The notes under the pieces were generated by a model. That model made no database searches. It had not been told where the DNA came from and saw nothing but the letters and a program-made list of their open reading frames with translations. This document shows positions 44,880 through 54,249 of a stretch of DNA of 64,000 nt, piece after piece (the stretch's first letter is position 1; every line of letters begins with the position of its first letter). The stretch is taken from assembly GCA_030603245.1 (NCBI GenBank), contig JAUVYE010000001.1, positions 1,418 to 65,417 of the forward strand, in the 5' to 3' direction. Both the position numbers and the translations under genes were made by a program. Origin of the DNA: a bacterium (GTDB taxonomy: Bacteria > Patescibacteriota > Minisyncoccia > Minisyncoccales > DG-74-3).

Positions 44880-46836
44880 TATCAGAAGGTTTGGGTGGAG
44901 TAAAGTTTTCTTGAGGATATTTTTTTAAAGCCTGCTCCATGAAATTATGAAAAATAGGACCTGCTAAAACTACACCCGGTTTTTCTTTCATAGGAGTATT
45001 GTCATTATTCCCAACCCAGACACCAGTTACGATTGAAGGACTATAACCTATAGCCCAAGCATCTTGATAGTTCTGGGTTGTTCCTGTTTTAGCAGCTACT
45101 TGATAATCTTTAAAATAAAGTTGAGAGTTCCATCCAAACATAGGGGCTCTTGCCTCATTGTCTGATAAAATATTATTAATTATTCTACATGGTTGAATTG
45201 ATAAAACCCTTTTCTGGGTTTTTTTATTTTCTTCTATAATATTTCCTTTTGAATCTTCTATTCTTAAGATAGTAACTGGAGAAACCTTTAATCCTTCTGT
45301 AGCAAAAACCCCATAAGCAGAAACCATGTCTAAAAGCTTAACTTCCCATCCCCCTAAAACAATTGAGGGGCCATATGGTGGCTTTAGAGTGGTAATTCCA
45401 AGATCCTGTGCTGTTTTAACCGAGTTATCTATTTCTGGTCCAGCCATTTCTAAGAGAACCTTTACAGAAGCCACATTGATTGATTGAGAAAGAGCTTGTC
45501 TAAGAGTTATTTCTCCCCTATAAAATCCATCATAGTTTCCAGGTATATATTCTTTTCCTCCCCAGACTCCAAAGTTTGTTTCTTCATCAATTACAGTTGT
45601 ATCAGGAGTAAATCCATTTTTAAAAGCAGTAGCATAAACAAAAGGCTTAAAAGAAGACCCTGGTTGTCTTAATCCTAAAGTAGTTACATTAAATTGAGGG
45701 CTAAATTTACAAGTTTCTTCAGAAATACAGTTTGGAGGATAAGGGTCTTCAAAATAACCAGCACCTCCAACCATAGCTAAGATCTCACCAGTTTTAGGAT
45801 TAATTGATACCAAGGCAGCATTGTGAGCATTATTGTATTTATTTGCTTTTACTCCTTGCTCAATAATATATTCAGCTGCTTCTTGAAGCTCCCAGTCTAA
45901 AGAGGTATAAACCCTTAACCCGTTTTCTCTTAAAAAGTCTTGTCCATACTTATTATCAAGATAACTTTTAACATATAAGGTAAAATAAGGCGCTTTAAGA
46001 ATAATAGGCTTTTTAAACTCTAACTCTTCTTTTTTTATCAATTCAGCTTCTTGTTTAATTAAATACCCTTCTTGAACCATTCTGTTTAATACATAATCTT
46101 TTCTTTCAAGCAATTCTTGCTTGTTTTGATAAGGAGATAAGTAACTTGGAGCTTGGATTAAAGAGGTAAGAATAGCTGCTTGAGCTACAGAGATTTCTGA
46201 TACTGGTTTTTGAAAAAATGTTTGACTGGCAGCTTCTACTCCATAAGCATTTGAACCAAAAGGTACTTGATTTAAATACCATTCTAAAATCTGGTCTTTA
46301 GAATAGCGACGATCTAGTTCTAAAGCCAAAATAACCTCTCTGATTTTTCTTTGAGCTGTTTTTTCAAGAGATAGAAAACTTGATCTAATTAATTGTTGAG
46401 GGATTGTTGAACCTCCATAGACTGGTCTTCCTATTTTTAAGTCAGCTAATATTGATCTAATTATTCCTGGGATATCAATTCCGAAATGATTATAAAAATT
46501 AGCATCTTCGGTCGCAATAACAGCTTGTTTTAAATGTTCAGGCATTTCACTCAATGAGACATAAGTTCTTTTTTCTTCTCCGTAAATATCGTACAAAACT
46601 ATTTCTCCAGTTCGGTCATAAATTTTAGTAGACTCAATAAACTGTTTTTCGCTGAATTTTTCTGGCCGAGGCAGATCTTTTCCATAATAAATAAACAAGA
46701 ATAATGAAAAAAGAATAACAAATAAAGAACAATAAAAAAACAATTTAGCAATCTTAATAATTGAATCAAGGTTTATTCTTTTTTTAACCCTCTTTTTTCT
46801 TTTGTAGGTTTTTCTATAAATTCTTCTTTTTGCCAT
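44866..46836 (-). CDS. Class A penicillin-binding protein (bifunctional glycosyltransferase/transpeptidase, PBP1A-like)
   Basis: N-terminal TM, GT51 motifs (ATEDANFYNHFGID, GGSTIPQQL) and transpeptidase SxxK (SSFKP). Confidence 0.85.
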   Translation of the reverse strand: MAKRRIYRKTYKRKKRVKKRINLDSIIKIAKLFFYCSLFVILFSLFLFIYYGKDLPRPEKFSEKQFIESTKIYDRTGEIVLYDIYGEEKRTYVSLSEMPEHLKQAVIATEDANFYNHFGIDIPGIIRSILADLKIGRPVYGGSTIPQQLIRSSFLSLEKTAQRKIREVILALELDRRYSKDQILEWYLNQVPFGSNAYGVEAASQTFFQKPVSEISVAQAAILTSLIQAPSYLSPYQNKQELLERKDYVLNRMVQEGYLIKQEAELIKKEELEFKKPIILKAPYFTLYVKSYLDNKYGQDFLRENGLRVYTSLDWELQEAAEYIIEQGVKANKYNNAHNAALVSINPKTGEILAMVGGAGYFEDPYPPNCISEETCKFSPQFNVTTLGLRQPGSSFKPFVYATAFKNGFTPDTTVIDEETNFGVWGGKEYIPGNYDGFYRGEITLRQALSQSINVASVKVLLEMAGPEIDNSVKTAQDLGITTLKPPYGPSIVLGGWEVKLLDMVSAYGVFATEGLKVSPVTILRIEDSKGNIIEENKKTQKRVLSIQPCRIINNILSDNEARAPMFGWNSQLYFKDYQVAAKTGTTQNYQDAWAIGYSPSIVTGVWVGNNDNTPMKEKPGVVLAGPIFHNFMEQALKKYPQENFTPPKPSDTNLP

Positions 46837-46881
46837 AATTTTGATTTACAGATCCATGTTTTTATCTTAAAATAAAAATGT

Positions 46882-48078
46882 ATGAAAATAAATAGTCACT
46901 CTGAAAAAATTGATGAAGTTTTAACAAGAAGAGTAGACAAGATTCTACCCACTAAAGCAGAGCTCAAAAGTTTAATGCAAAAGAAAAAGATTAGACTTTA
47001 TTTGGGTATTGATCCTACTGGTACTAAACTTCATCTTGGCCATTCTGTTGCTTTAAGAAAGCTTCAAGAGTTTGCTGATTTAGGACATGAGGCCATTCTT
47101 TTGGTTGGGACAGGAACAGTTTTAGCCGGAGATCCCTCAGGTAGAGATAAAGCCCGCCCCTATATTACTGAAAAAGAAATTAAAAAGAATATTGCCACTT
47201 GGAAAAAACAAGCCAGTAAGATTTTAGATTTTTCTAAAATAAAAATTAAATACAACGGAGACTGGCTTTTAAAATTAGACCTTAAAGGACTTATTGAAAT
47301 TGCTTCCAATATATCATCTATCCAGCTTTTTAAAAGAGATATGTTCCAGAAGCGCATTAAAAGAGGAGATACTGTTTGGATGCATGAAACTTTGTATCCT
47401 TTGCTTCAAGGGTATGATTCAGTGGTCATGGGTGTTGACTTAGAAATTGGAGGAACAGATCAAACGTTTAATATGCTTATTGGTAGAGAGCTTCAACGAA
47501 AAATGAAGAACCGAGAAAAATTAGTCTTAACTGTTCCCATGGTTCTTGGTATAGATGGTAATCAAATGAGCAAAACTTCTGGCAACTGCGTTTGGTTATC
47601 CGACTCTCCGAAAGAAATGTTCGGAAGAATTATGTCCATTCCTGACAAGTTGATTGTTCCTTATTTTGAGATGTTAACTAATGTTCCAATTGATTTAGTT
47701 AAGCAATATAAAAAACAACTTAAGTTAAAGAAAGTAAATCCAATGATCCTAAAAGAGGAATTAAGCTTTGAAATTGTCCAAACCTATCATTCAAAAAGAA
47801 AGGCAAAAATTGCTCAATCAGAATTTACAAGAGTATTTAAACAAAAGAAACTGCCCCAAAAAATAGTAAAAGTTACAATTAAACAAAAGACAATTAATAT
47901 TCTTGACCTTTTAGTTAAAACAAAATTAGTTTCTTCAAAAACAGAAGCCAAAAGATTGATTTTACAAAAAGGAGTCAAAATAGACGGAAGAGTTAAAGAA
48001 GATTGGAAAGCAATTGTTAGGACTAAAAAAGGACAGGTTATTCAGGTTGGGAAAAGAAGATTTGCAAAGATTAAATAA
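46882..48078 (+). CDS. tyrS: Tyrosyl-tRNA synthetase with C-terminal S4 domain
   Basis: HIGH-type motif (TKLHLGHS), KMSKS-type motif (QMSKTSG) and an S4-like C-terminus. Confidence 0.9.
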   Translation: MKINSHSEKIDEVLTRRVDKILPTKAELKSLMQKKKIRLYLGIDPTGTKLHLGHSVALRKLQEFADLGHEAILLVGTGTVLAGDPSGRDKARPYITEKEIKKNIATWKKQASKILDFSKIKIKYNGDWLLKLDLKGLIEIASNISSIQLFKRDMFQKRIKRGDTVWMHETLYPLLQGYDSVVMGVDLEIGGTDQTFNMLIGRELQRKMKNREKLVLTVPMVLGIDGNQMSKTSGNCVWLSDSPKEMFGRIMSIPDKLIVPYFEMLTNVPIDLVKQYKKQLKLKKVNPMILKEELSFEIVQTYHSKRKAKIAQSEFTRVFKQKKLPQKIVKVTIKQKTINILDLLVKTKLVSSKTEAKRLILQKGVKIDGRVKEDWKAIVRTKKGQVIQVGKRRFAKIK

Positions 48079-48080
48079 CA

Positions 48081-48115
48081 AACCCGCCCCTTAAGTATGG
48101 GCGGGTTTTTCTTTT
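48081..48115. terminator. Intrinsic terminator after tyrS
   Basis: AACCCGCCC-loop-GGGCGGGTT followed by a TTTTTCTTTT run. Confidence 0.65.
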
Positions 48116-48405
48116 ATAACTATTCTTCTGAAGTCTCTTCAACACCTTCTTCTGGTGATTCTTCAGCTTCTTCCCCTGGTGTCTTCTCAGTCTCTTCTGA
48201 TGGTGTTTCTTCTGAACCTTCTTCTGAAGTTTCCTTAGTTTCTTCTTTTGTAGTTTCTTCTTGGTTTAAAATTTCTTCGTAAATCATTTTTATTAACTTG
48301 TTAAGATTTTTTAATTTCCCGACCTTTTCGGTTAATTAGAAAAGCCTATATTTTAGGCTCATAACAAGCATTATATATTTTCAAAAAGGGTTGTCAAGAG
48401 GAACT

Positions 48406-48705
48406 TTAAATCTTAACTTTTTCTTTTCTAAATTCTTTCTTCTTTTTATCCCAGCCCCAAATTTGGACTGACATTTCTATTTTAAATTTTTTAAGGAATT
48501 TTTGTATTTTTCTTCTTCTTGTAGAAATATTAGCTAAAGTGGTTAATTGGATTTTTTTCATTCTCTTTCCCTTAATAGCCAATAAATCAATAATCCCGAA
48601 AACGTCAGTTTGTTGATATTTTACTTTAGGGGCAAACCATACGATCCATCCTTTGTCTTTCAATATTTGAATTGCCTTTTTTCTAATAATGGCTTCTTTT
48701 GACAT
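48406..48705 (-). CDS. Small basic hypothetical protein, possible PD-(D/E)xK nuclease-like fold
   Basis: GWIVWFAPK...DVFGIIDLLAIKG resembles a D...(D/E)xK-type core. Weak evidence. Coupled to yebC (3-nt gap). Confidence 0.25.
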   Translation of the reverse strand: MSKEAIIRKKAIQILKDKGWIVWFAPKVKYQQTDVFGIIDLLAIKGKRMKKIQLTTLANISTRRRKIQKFLKKFKIEMSVQIWGWDKKKKEFRKEKVKI

Positions 48706-48707
48706 AT

Positions 48708-49439
48708 TTACAAAAGCTTGATATTAGAATAAATTTCTTGGACAGAATCGCTTTCATCCAAGCTTTCAAAAAGCTTTTCGCAAGCCTGTTTCTGCTTTTC
48801 TTCTATTTCAATTTCTTCTTTCGCAATCCATGCCAAAAAGACCGATTCAATTTTTTGTCCTTGTTTCTCTAAATCATTCTTTATATTTTCAAGATCATTT
48901 GCTTTTGTATAAATTTCTAAAAATCCATTACGCCAAAGCACATCTTCTGCTCCAGCCTCAATTGCCTTTAATTCTAACTCTTCTTTAAACTGGGGTGTTT
49001 GGTTTTCAGCTTTAATAATAACCACACCTTTTCTTTCAAAAAGCCATTTTACTGAACCTTCTCCAGCTAATTTTCCATTATGTTGATTTAAGATTTGTTT
49101 AATCTGGCCTAAAGCTCTGTTTTTATTGTCAGTAATTCCTTCAATAATAATGGCTATACCTCCAGGACCATAGGCTTCAAATAAAACTTCTTCTAATTGA
49201 GCTCCTTCTGTTTCCCCAACCCCCTTTTTGATAGCTCGCTCAATATTGTCTTTAGGAAGATTCATGGCCTTGGCTTGTTCAATTGTTAAACGCAACTTAG
49301 AATTAGTTTCAGGGTCTGCTCCTCCCTCGCGAGCTGCAATTGCAAGAACTCTTGCCATTTTTGAAAACACCTGACCTCTTTTAGCATCAGTGATAGATTT
49401 TTTATGTTTGATTTTTGAGAAATGAGAATGTCCACTCAT
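48708..49439 (-). CDS. yebC: YebC/PmpR-family transcriptional regulator
   Basis: MSGHSHFSKIKHKK...RGQVFSKMAR... N-terminus and ~243 aa, typical of YebC. Confidence 0.9.
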   Translation of the reverse strand: MSGHSHFSKIKHKKSITDAKRGQVFSKMARVLAIAAREGGADPETNSKLRLTIEQAKAMNLPKDNIERAIKKGVGETEGAQLEEVLFEAYGPGGIAIIIEGITDNKNRALGQIKQILNQHNGKLAGEGSVKWLFERKGVVIIKAENQTPQFKEELELKAIEAGAEDVLWRNGFLEIYTKANDLENIKNDLEKQGQKIESVFLAWIAKEEIEIEEKQKQACEKLFESLDESDSVQEIYSNIKLL

Positions 49440-49472
49440 GTTTTTTTATTCTATTCTAGTTTGTTTTTAAAA

Positions 49473-50417
49473 TCAATTAGACCTTATTCTTTTTCTAAAT
49501 ATTAGAATTATTATTCCTGAAGCAAAAGCAAGAACTATGGCAGAGGATAAAACATTAAGAAAATTGAAAGGCTCTATAATCTGCTCGCTGATTGCAGCCA
49601 GTTCTTTTTTAGAAAGATCATTGTCTGTTCCATTTTCAAGAGATATATTTTTTATCTCTACCTGAACAGATTCTTCTTTTATAACAATATTTTCTTTTCC
49701 TGGAGTAAGAGTTGAGCTCCAAAACCAGCCAGATTCGGTTTGATTATATGATTGCCCTAGACGAGCTTTTTCAAAATCTACTCTATCTATAGTTTTTCCA
49801 TCAGGCTGGATAAGATTTAATCCGTCACCACCATTGTTTAAAGTAATTTTTGTTATTTCTCTTGAGAGAACCAAGAATTCCTTAGCTAAAATCTGAGCTG
49901 TTTTTGAAAAGACAAAAGTATGAATACTACCTTTTGAATCTTTTATTTTCCAATCGGCAAGCGAAACTATAAAATTATTTTGGTTAAAAATCTCAATCCA
50001 TTCATTCTCTGTATCTGGTCCTTCGGGGGAGGGAAGAATTTCATTAATAATAATTCCAGAAGAATAGTTTATAGATTCTTGGGTTTGTGTTTCAATAATA
50101 GGTTCTTGAATGAGTTGCGATCCTGTAACCCAAGCTAGATCTTGTTTTTTAATATCCTGGACCCTAGCTTCACCTATACCTTTTATTCTAATAAGGTCAT
50201 CTAAGGAAGAGAACGGCCTTAAAGAAATTAACTCCAATGCTCTTTTTTCTCCTATATGGATAATTTTAACCAAGTCTTCCAGTGGTGCAGTATTAATGTC
50301 TATTTGAATAGCATTAAGAGGTTTATTGGATGGCAGTAAAAGCAAAAAAAGAGATAGCAAGCTTAAAAGAACAAATCCCTTTCTATTTTGCCTTGAAGCC
50401 CTTGACAAATTTTGCAT
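49473..50417 (-). CDS. ComEA-like helix-hairpin-helix DNA-binding protein fused to a lamin-tail domain, with C-terminal TM anchor
   Basis: Signal/TM N-terminus, HhH motif (LIRIKGIGEARVQDI), LTD-like region (IIINEILPSPEGPD...EWIEIFN) and a C-terminal hydrophobic helix. Confidence 0.6.
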   Translation of the reverse strand: MQNLSRASRQNRKGFVLLSLLSLFLLLLPSNKPLNAIQIDINTAPLEDLVKIIHIGEKRALELISLRPFSSLDDLIRIKGIGEARVQDIKKQDLAWVTGSQLIQEPIIETQTQESINYSSGIIINEILPSPEGPDTENEWIEIFNQNNFIVSLADWKIKDSKGSIHTFVFSKTAQILAKEFLVLSREITKITLNNGGDGLNLIQPDGKTIDRVDFEKARLGQSYNQTESGWFWSSTLTPGKENIVIKEESVQVEIKNISLENGTDNDLSKKELAAISEQIIEPFNFLNVLSSAIVLAFASGIIILIFRKRIRSN

Positions 50418-50447
50418 AATTTGCTATTATATTAATACTAACACACA

Positions 50448-50580
50448 AGCCCCATGGCTGGGGGTTTAGGAATTTCTCTTAGCCGGACAGTTTGGCTTAG
50501 GCGAAATTACTCCTCAGAGATGTTCCGCACTTATGTTCCAAATACTTGAGTTAGCCCCCAGCCATGGGGCTTTTTGTTTT
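50448..50580 (+). ncRNA. GC-rich structured element: perfect 17-bp terminal inverted repeats enclosing ~90 nt, followed by a U-tract (candidate small RNA or MITE-like repeat)
   Basis: AGCCCCATGGCTGGGGG at 50448-50464 and its exact reverse complement CCCCCAGCCATGGGGCT at 50555-50571, then TTTTTGTTTT. It lies between pilB-like and comEA-like genes, both on the minus strand. GC-rich arms in an AT-rich genome. Confidence 0.35.
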
Positions 50581-50581
50581 C

Positions 50582-51886
50582 TTAACCCATTACTTTTTCT
50601 ATTTCTTCTATTGTTGTTATTCCTTCTAAAACTTTTATTAATCCATCTTGTTTCATAGTAACCATCCCTTTTTTAATTGCTTTTTCTTCCAAAGAAGCTA
50701 TTGAAGGATTGGTTAGTATGAATTTTTCCATTTCATTATCAATAAAAAATGCTTCAAAAATTCCTATTCTTCCTCTAAAACCAGTAGAATTACAATCTTT
50801 GCAACCTACAGTTTCGGGGATTTTAAATCCTTTAATCAATTTCGGTATTTTTATTTGCTTAGAAAGTCCCCGTAAATCTTTTTTAATCTTTTTTAATTCT
50901 TGATCTGAGATACTTCTTAATTTCGAACACTTTTTACAAACTTTTCTTACTAATCTTTGAGCAATAGCTATATTAATAGCTGGGCCAATATTACTTGTTT
51001 TAGCTCCTAAGCTAATTAATCTGGCTACTGTTCCAGCAGCATCATTGGTATGTAAAGTAGTGAAAACCAGGTGACCCGTTAGGGCAGCCTGAAGAGCTAT
51101 TTGAGCTGTTTCTAAATCTCTAATTTCCCCTACCAAAATAACATCAGGATCTTGTCTCATAATAGATCTTAAGCCATTGGCAAAGTCATAACCCTTTTTA
51201 GGATTTGTTTGAGTTTGAGAAATTCCTTTTAGATGATATTCAATCGGATCTTCAATAGTGATAATTTTATTTTCTGGGCTTTGCAGTTTTTTCAAGAAAG
51301 CATAAAGAGTAGTAGTTTTTCCGGAACCAGTTGGTCCAGTAACAATAATCATTCCATTTGGTTTTTTAATTTCTTTATTAAAAGAAGTTTGTAAATCTTT
51401 TCTTAGGCCCAAAGTTTCAATGCCCATCAAGTTTTTTGGATTTAAAATTCTTAAAACAATTGATTCTCCATGTTCAGCAGGTAAGCTTGAGGCCCTAATT
51501 TCAATTAAGTTTTGTCCCCAAAAAACAGAAAATCGACCATCTTGAGGTCGATCACTAATATTCAGTTTAAGTCCAGAAAGAAGTTTAATTCTACTTAGAA
51601 TTCCTTGAAAGATTTCTAAATCAAAAATTATAATGTCTTGAAGAACTCCATCAATTCTTGCTCTTAGGCGAGCTTGTTTTTCCGTAGGTTCAATATGAAT
51701 GTCAGAAGTTTCAAGTAAAATTGCTCCACCTAAAATTATTTCTAAAATATCAGTAATTCTTTCTTTTGAGGCTTTTTCAATCTTTTTTCCAAATTCAGAA
51801 ATATTTTTTATTTCTTTTTCAATCTCTTCAACAATTTCAGGAGAAATTTCTACACTACCTGTAATTTTTTTTGAAACTTTCTCCAT
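50582..51886 (-). CDS. GspE/PilB-family type II/IV secretion ATPase (short form, C-terminal zinc-binding)
   Basis: Walker A VTGPTGSGKTTTLYA, Asp and His boxes, and a CKKCSK...CKDCNSTGFRGRIGIFE tetracysteine region typical of PilB/GspE. Confidence 0.8.
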   Translation of the reverse strand: MEKVSKKITGSVEISPEIVEEIEKEIKNISEFGKKIEKASKERITDILEIILGGAILLETSDIHIEPTEKQARLRARIDGVLQDIIIFDLEIFQGILSRIKLLSGLKLNISDRPQDGRFSVFWGQNLIEIRASSLPAEHGESIVLRILNPKNLMGIETLGLRKDLQTSFNKEIKKPNGMIIVTGPTGSGKTTTLYAFLKKLQSPENKIITIEDPIEYHLKGISQTQTNPKKGYDFANGLRSIMRQDPDVILVGEIRDLETAQIALQAALTGHLVFTTLHTNDAAGTVARLISLGAKTSNIGPAINIAIAQRLVRKVCKKCSKLRSISDQELKKIKKDLRGLSKQIKIPKLIKGFKIPETVGCKDCNSTGFRGRIGIFEAFFIDNEMEKFILTNPSIASLEEKAIKKGMVTMKQDGLIKVLEGITTIEEIEKVMG

Positions 51887-51949
51887 TAAAAGATAAAATT
51901 AAATAAGCTTTTGATTTTTTAATTTATCTTAAATTCTATTGAAAGTCAA

Positions 51950-52384
51950 ATGATAACAAATAGTGTCTTAGAAACAAAAAAAATAGGGAGTAATTTAGCT
52001 CACCAAATCCTAAAAAACAAACTTTCAAAACAAGCAATTGTAATTGGATTAGAAGGAAGTTTAGGTGGAGGAAAAACAAGTTTTGCTCAGGGTTTTGCTA
52101 AAGGATTAGGAATCAAAGAAAAGATTTTAAGCCCTACTTTTGTTATTATGAAGCGATTTGCGATTCAGAATCTACAATTTACAAACTTATATCATTTTGA
52201 TTGTTATCGAATTGACAAACCCTCAGAACTTTTAGAATTAGGATTTAAAAAAATTATTCAAAATCCTAATAATATTGTTATTATTGAGTGGGCAGACAAA
52301 ATTAAAAAAATATTACCTCAAAGAATAATACGAGTTACATTTGATTTTTTAGCTGAAAAGAAAAGAAAGATTATTATTAAATAA
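51950..52384 (+). CDS. tsaE: tRNA threonylcarbamoyladenosine biosynthesis protein TsaE
   Basis: P-loop GLEGSLGGGKTSF and ~144 aa, typical of TsaE/YjeE. Confidence 0.75.
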   Translation: MITNSVLETKKIGSNLAHQILKNKLSKQAIVIGLEGSLGGGKTSFAQGFAKGLGIKEKILSPTFVIMKRFAIQNLQFTNLYHFDCYRIDKPSELLELGFKKIIQNPNNIVIIEWADKIKKILPQRIIRVTFDFLAEKKRKIIIK

Positions 52385-52393
52385 TATAAAATA

Positions 52394-53365
52394 ATGGCAC
52401 CCAAAAAGATAAAACGTCTTATTATCATAGATGCTAATTCAATAATTCATCGAGCTTTTCATGCCTTACCTCCTTTAACCAATAAAAAAGGCGAGCAAAT
52501 TGGTGCTGTCTACGGTTTTTTATTGGCTTTTTTTAAATCTATGAAAGATTTTAAACCAGACTTTGTTGCAGCCTGTTTTGATGTTCATGCCCCAACGTTT
52601 CGTCATAAAAAGTTTAAACAATATAAAGCCAAAAGGCCACCTGCTCCAAAAGAATTGTATAGTCAGATTCCTAAAGTGAAAGAAGTTTTAGCGACCCTGA
52701 AGGTGCCTGTTTTTGAAAAAGAAGGTTTTGAGGCAGACGATATTATAGGAACTATTGCTAAATTAGCTCCCCGAAAACAAGTGATTCCTAAGTTAGAAAC
52801 AATTATTTTAACTGGAGACAGAGATGCTTTACAATTAGTAAACTCTAAGACAAAGGTATTTGCCTTAAGCAGAGGAATTAAAAACGCTATTTTGTATAAC
52901 CAAAGTCAAGTGCAAGAAAAGTATGGGATTTCTTCTCAACAAATTATTGATTATAAAGCATTAAAGGGAGATGCCTCTGACAATATTCCCGGAGTTACTG
53001 GTATTGGAGATAAAACTGCTGTTAAGCTTCTTCAGCAATTTGAAAGCTTAGAGAATTTATATCAAGAACTTGAAACTAGTTCGGAAAAAGCCAAAGAAAT
53101 CAAACCCAAGTTAAGAGAGTTATTATTACAATACAAAGACCAGGCATTTTTAAGTAAATTCTTAGCTACTATTAATCAAAATGTCCAAATAGATTTTAAT
53201 TTGCAGAAATGTAAATGGGGGAGGTATGATATGAAACAAATTTCAAAAACATTTGAAGAAATAGGTTTGTATAGTTTAATAAAAAGATTATCAGAATTAG
53301 ACAATAATATTGTAAACCAGACAGAACCGAAAAAAAGAATTAAAAAGAACCTAAGATTATGGTAA
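52394..53365 (+). CDS. Stand-alone 5'-3' exonuclease / flap endonuclease (Pol I N-terminal domain-like)
   Basis: PIN-like 5'-nuclease motifs (LIIIDANSIIHRAFHA, TGDRDALQL) plus an HhH motif (IPGVTGIGDKTA). Confidence 0.8.
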   Translation: MAPKKIKRLIIIDANSIIHRAFHALPPLTNKKGEQIGAVYGFLLAFFKSMKDFKPDFVAACFDVHAPTFRHKKFKQYKAKRPPAPKELYSQIPKVKEVLATLKVPVFEKEGFEADDIIGTIAKLAPRKQVIPKLETIILTGDRDALQLVNSKTKVFALSRGIKNAILYNQSQVQEKYGISSQQIIDYKALKGDASDNIPGVTGIGDKTAVKLLQQFESLENLYQELETSSEKAKEIKPKLRELLLQYKDQAFLSKFLATINQNVQIDFNLQKCKWGRYDMKQISKTFEEIGLYSLIKRLSELDNNIVNQTEPKKRIKKNLRLW

Positions 53366-53387
53366 AATATGGTTAAAGAAAGAAAAA

Positions 53388-54221
53388 ATGAAAAACAATA
53401 ACAAGCAGTCATTTAAAGAATTCGAAGTTTTTACAGGAGAAGAAGAAAAACGATTTCTTAACCAACTTGCGCTCGGCGATCTTTTTTTCTTGGCAGCCAC
53501 TTTGATTTTGATGATTCTTTCTGAGAATATTTTTCATATGAATATTTTTGGTTGGAAACAATACTGGATTCTATTCTTTGCTAATGCGATATTTTTTAGT
53601 TATTTTATTTTGGCTTTGAAGAAGAATTTTAAGGTTTGGTTGCTAAAATATCTTTTAGCAATTTCTGTTCCCATACTATTTGGAGGATGGATTTATTTTT
53701 CAGATCCAGCATATGTTAAAGTATTGTTTGGCGGTCCTACAGTGGCGCTGGCAATGATTGGTTTTATTTTCTATAATTCCCAGCTTCTTTTAATAACTTC
53801 TTTAATAACCGCTGTTACGTATTGGTTTTTGATTTTCAATTTTTCGAGAGTTGGTTCTCCCTTAAAACCTTACGAGACTTACTTGATCTATATGTTTCTT
53901 ATGATGGGAACAATACTCTATTTTGCCCTAATAGAAAGAACCAAAATCTTTTTAAAAGAACTTTTAAAAATAAGAAGTGAGCTTCAGGGGGCAAAAACTG
54001 TGCTAGAAATAAAAGTTAAAGCAAGGACAGAAGAATTAGAAGAACTAACTAAAACACTTGACCAGAAAGTTGGGCAAAGAACCAAAGAGGTAGAAGAAAG
54101 TAAAAAGATTTTAGAAAAAAGAGTTGATGAGCTTGAAAGATTGCATAAGCTTACTGTTGGTAGAGAACTTAAGATGTTAGAGTTGAAAAAGGAAATTAAA
54201 ATATTAAAAGGAAAAAAATAA
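53388..54221 (+). CDS. Polytopic membrane sensor-like protein ending in a conserved signalling coiled-coil tail (no kinase domain)
   Basis: About 6 TM helices, then a ~70-aa helical tail ...KVGQRTKEVEESKKILEKRVDELERLHKLTVGRELKMLELKKEIKILK. This is near-identical in pattern to the tail of the 55066-55995 protein. Confidence 0.4.
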   Translation: MKNNNKQSFKEFEVFTGEEEKRFLNQLALGDLFFLAATLILMILSENIFHMNIFGWKQYWILFFANAIFFSYFILALKKNFKVWLLKYLLAISVPILFGGWIYFSDPAYVKVLFGGPTVALAMIGFIFYNSQLLLITSLITAVTYWFLIFNFSRVGSPLKPYETYLIYMFLMMGTILYFALIERTKIFLKELLKIRSELQGAKTVLEIKVKARTEELEELTKTLDQKVGQRTKEVEESKKILEKRVDELERLHKLTVGRELKMLELKKEIKILKGKK

Positions 54222-54249
54222 AAAATTAAAAATTAATATATTAAAAAAC

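Noticed and set aside
50448-50571. Assigning the inverted-repeat element to SRP RNA (4.5S) or 6S RNA
   Set aside because: The conserved SRP domain-IV sequence (GGAA..AGCAG-type internal loop, GNRA tetraloop) and the 6S central bubble architecture could not be recognised by eye. It is left as an unclassified structured element.
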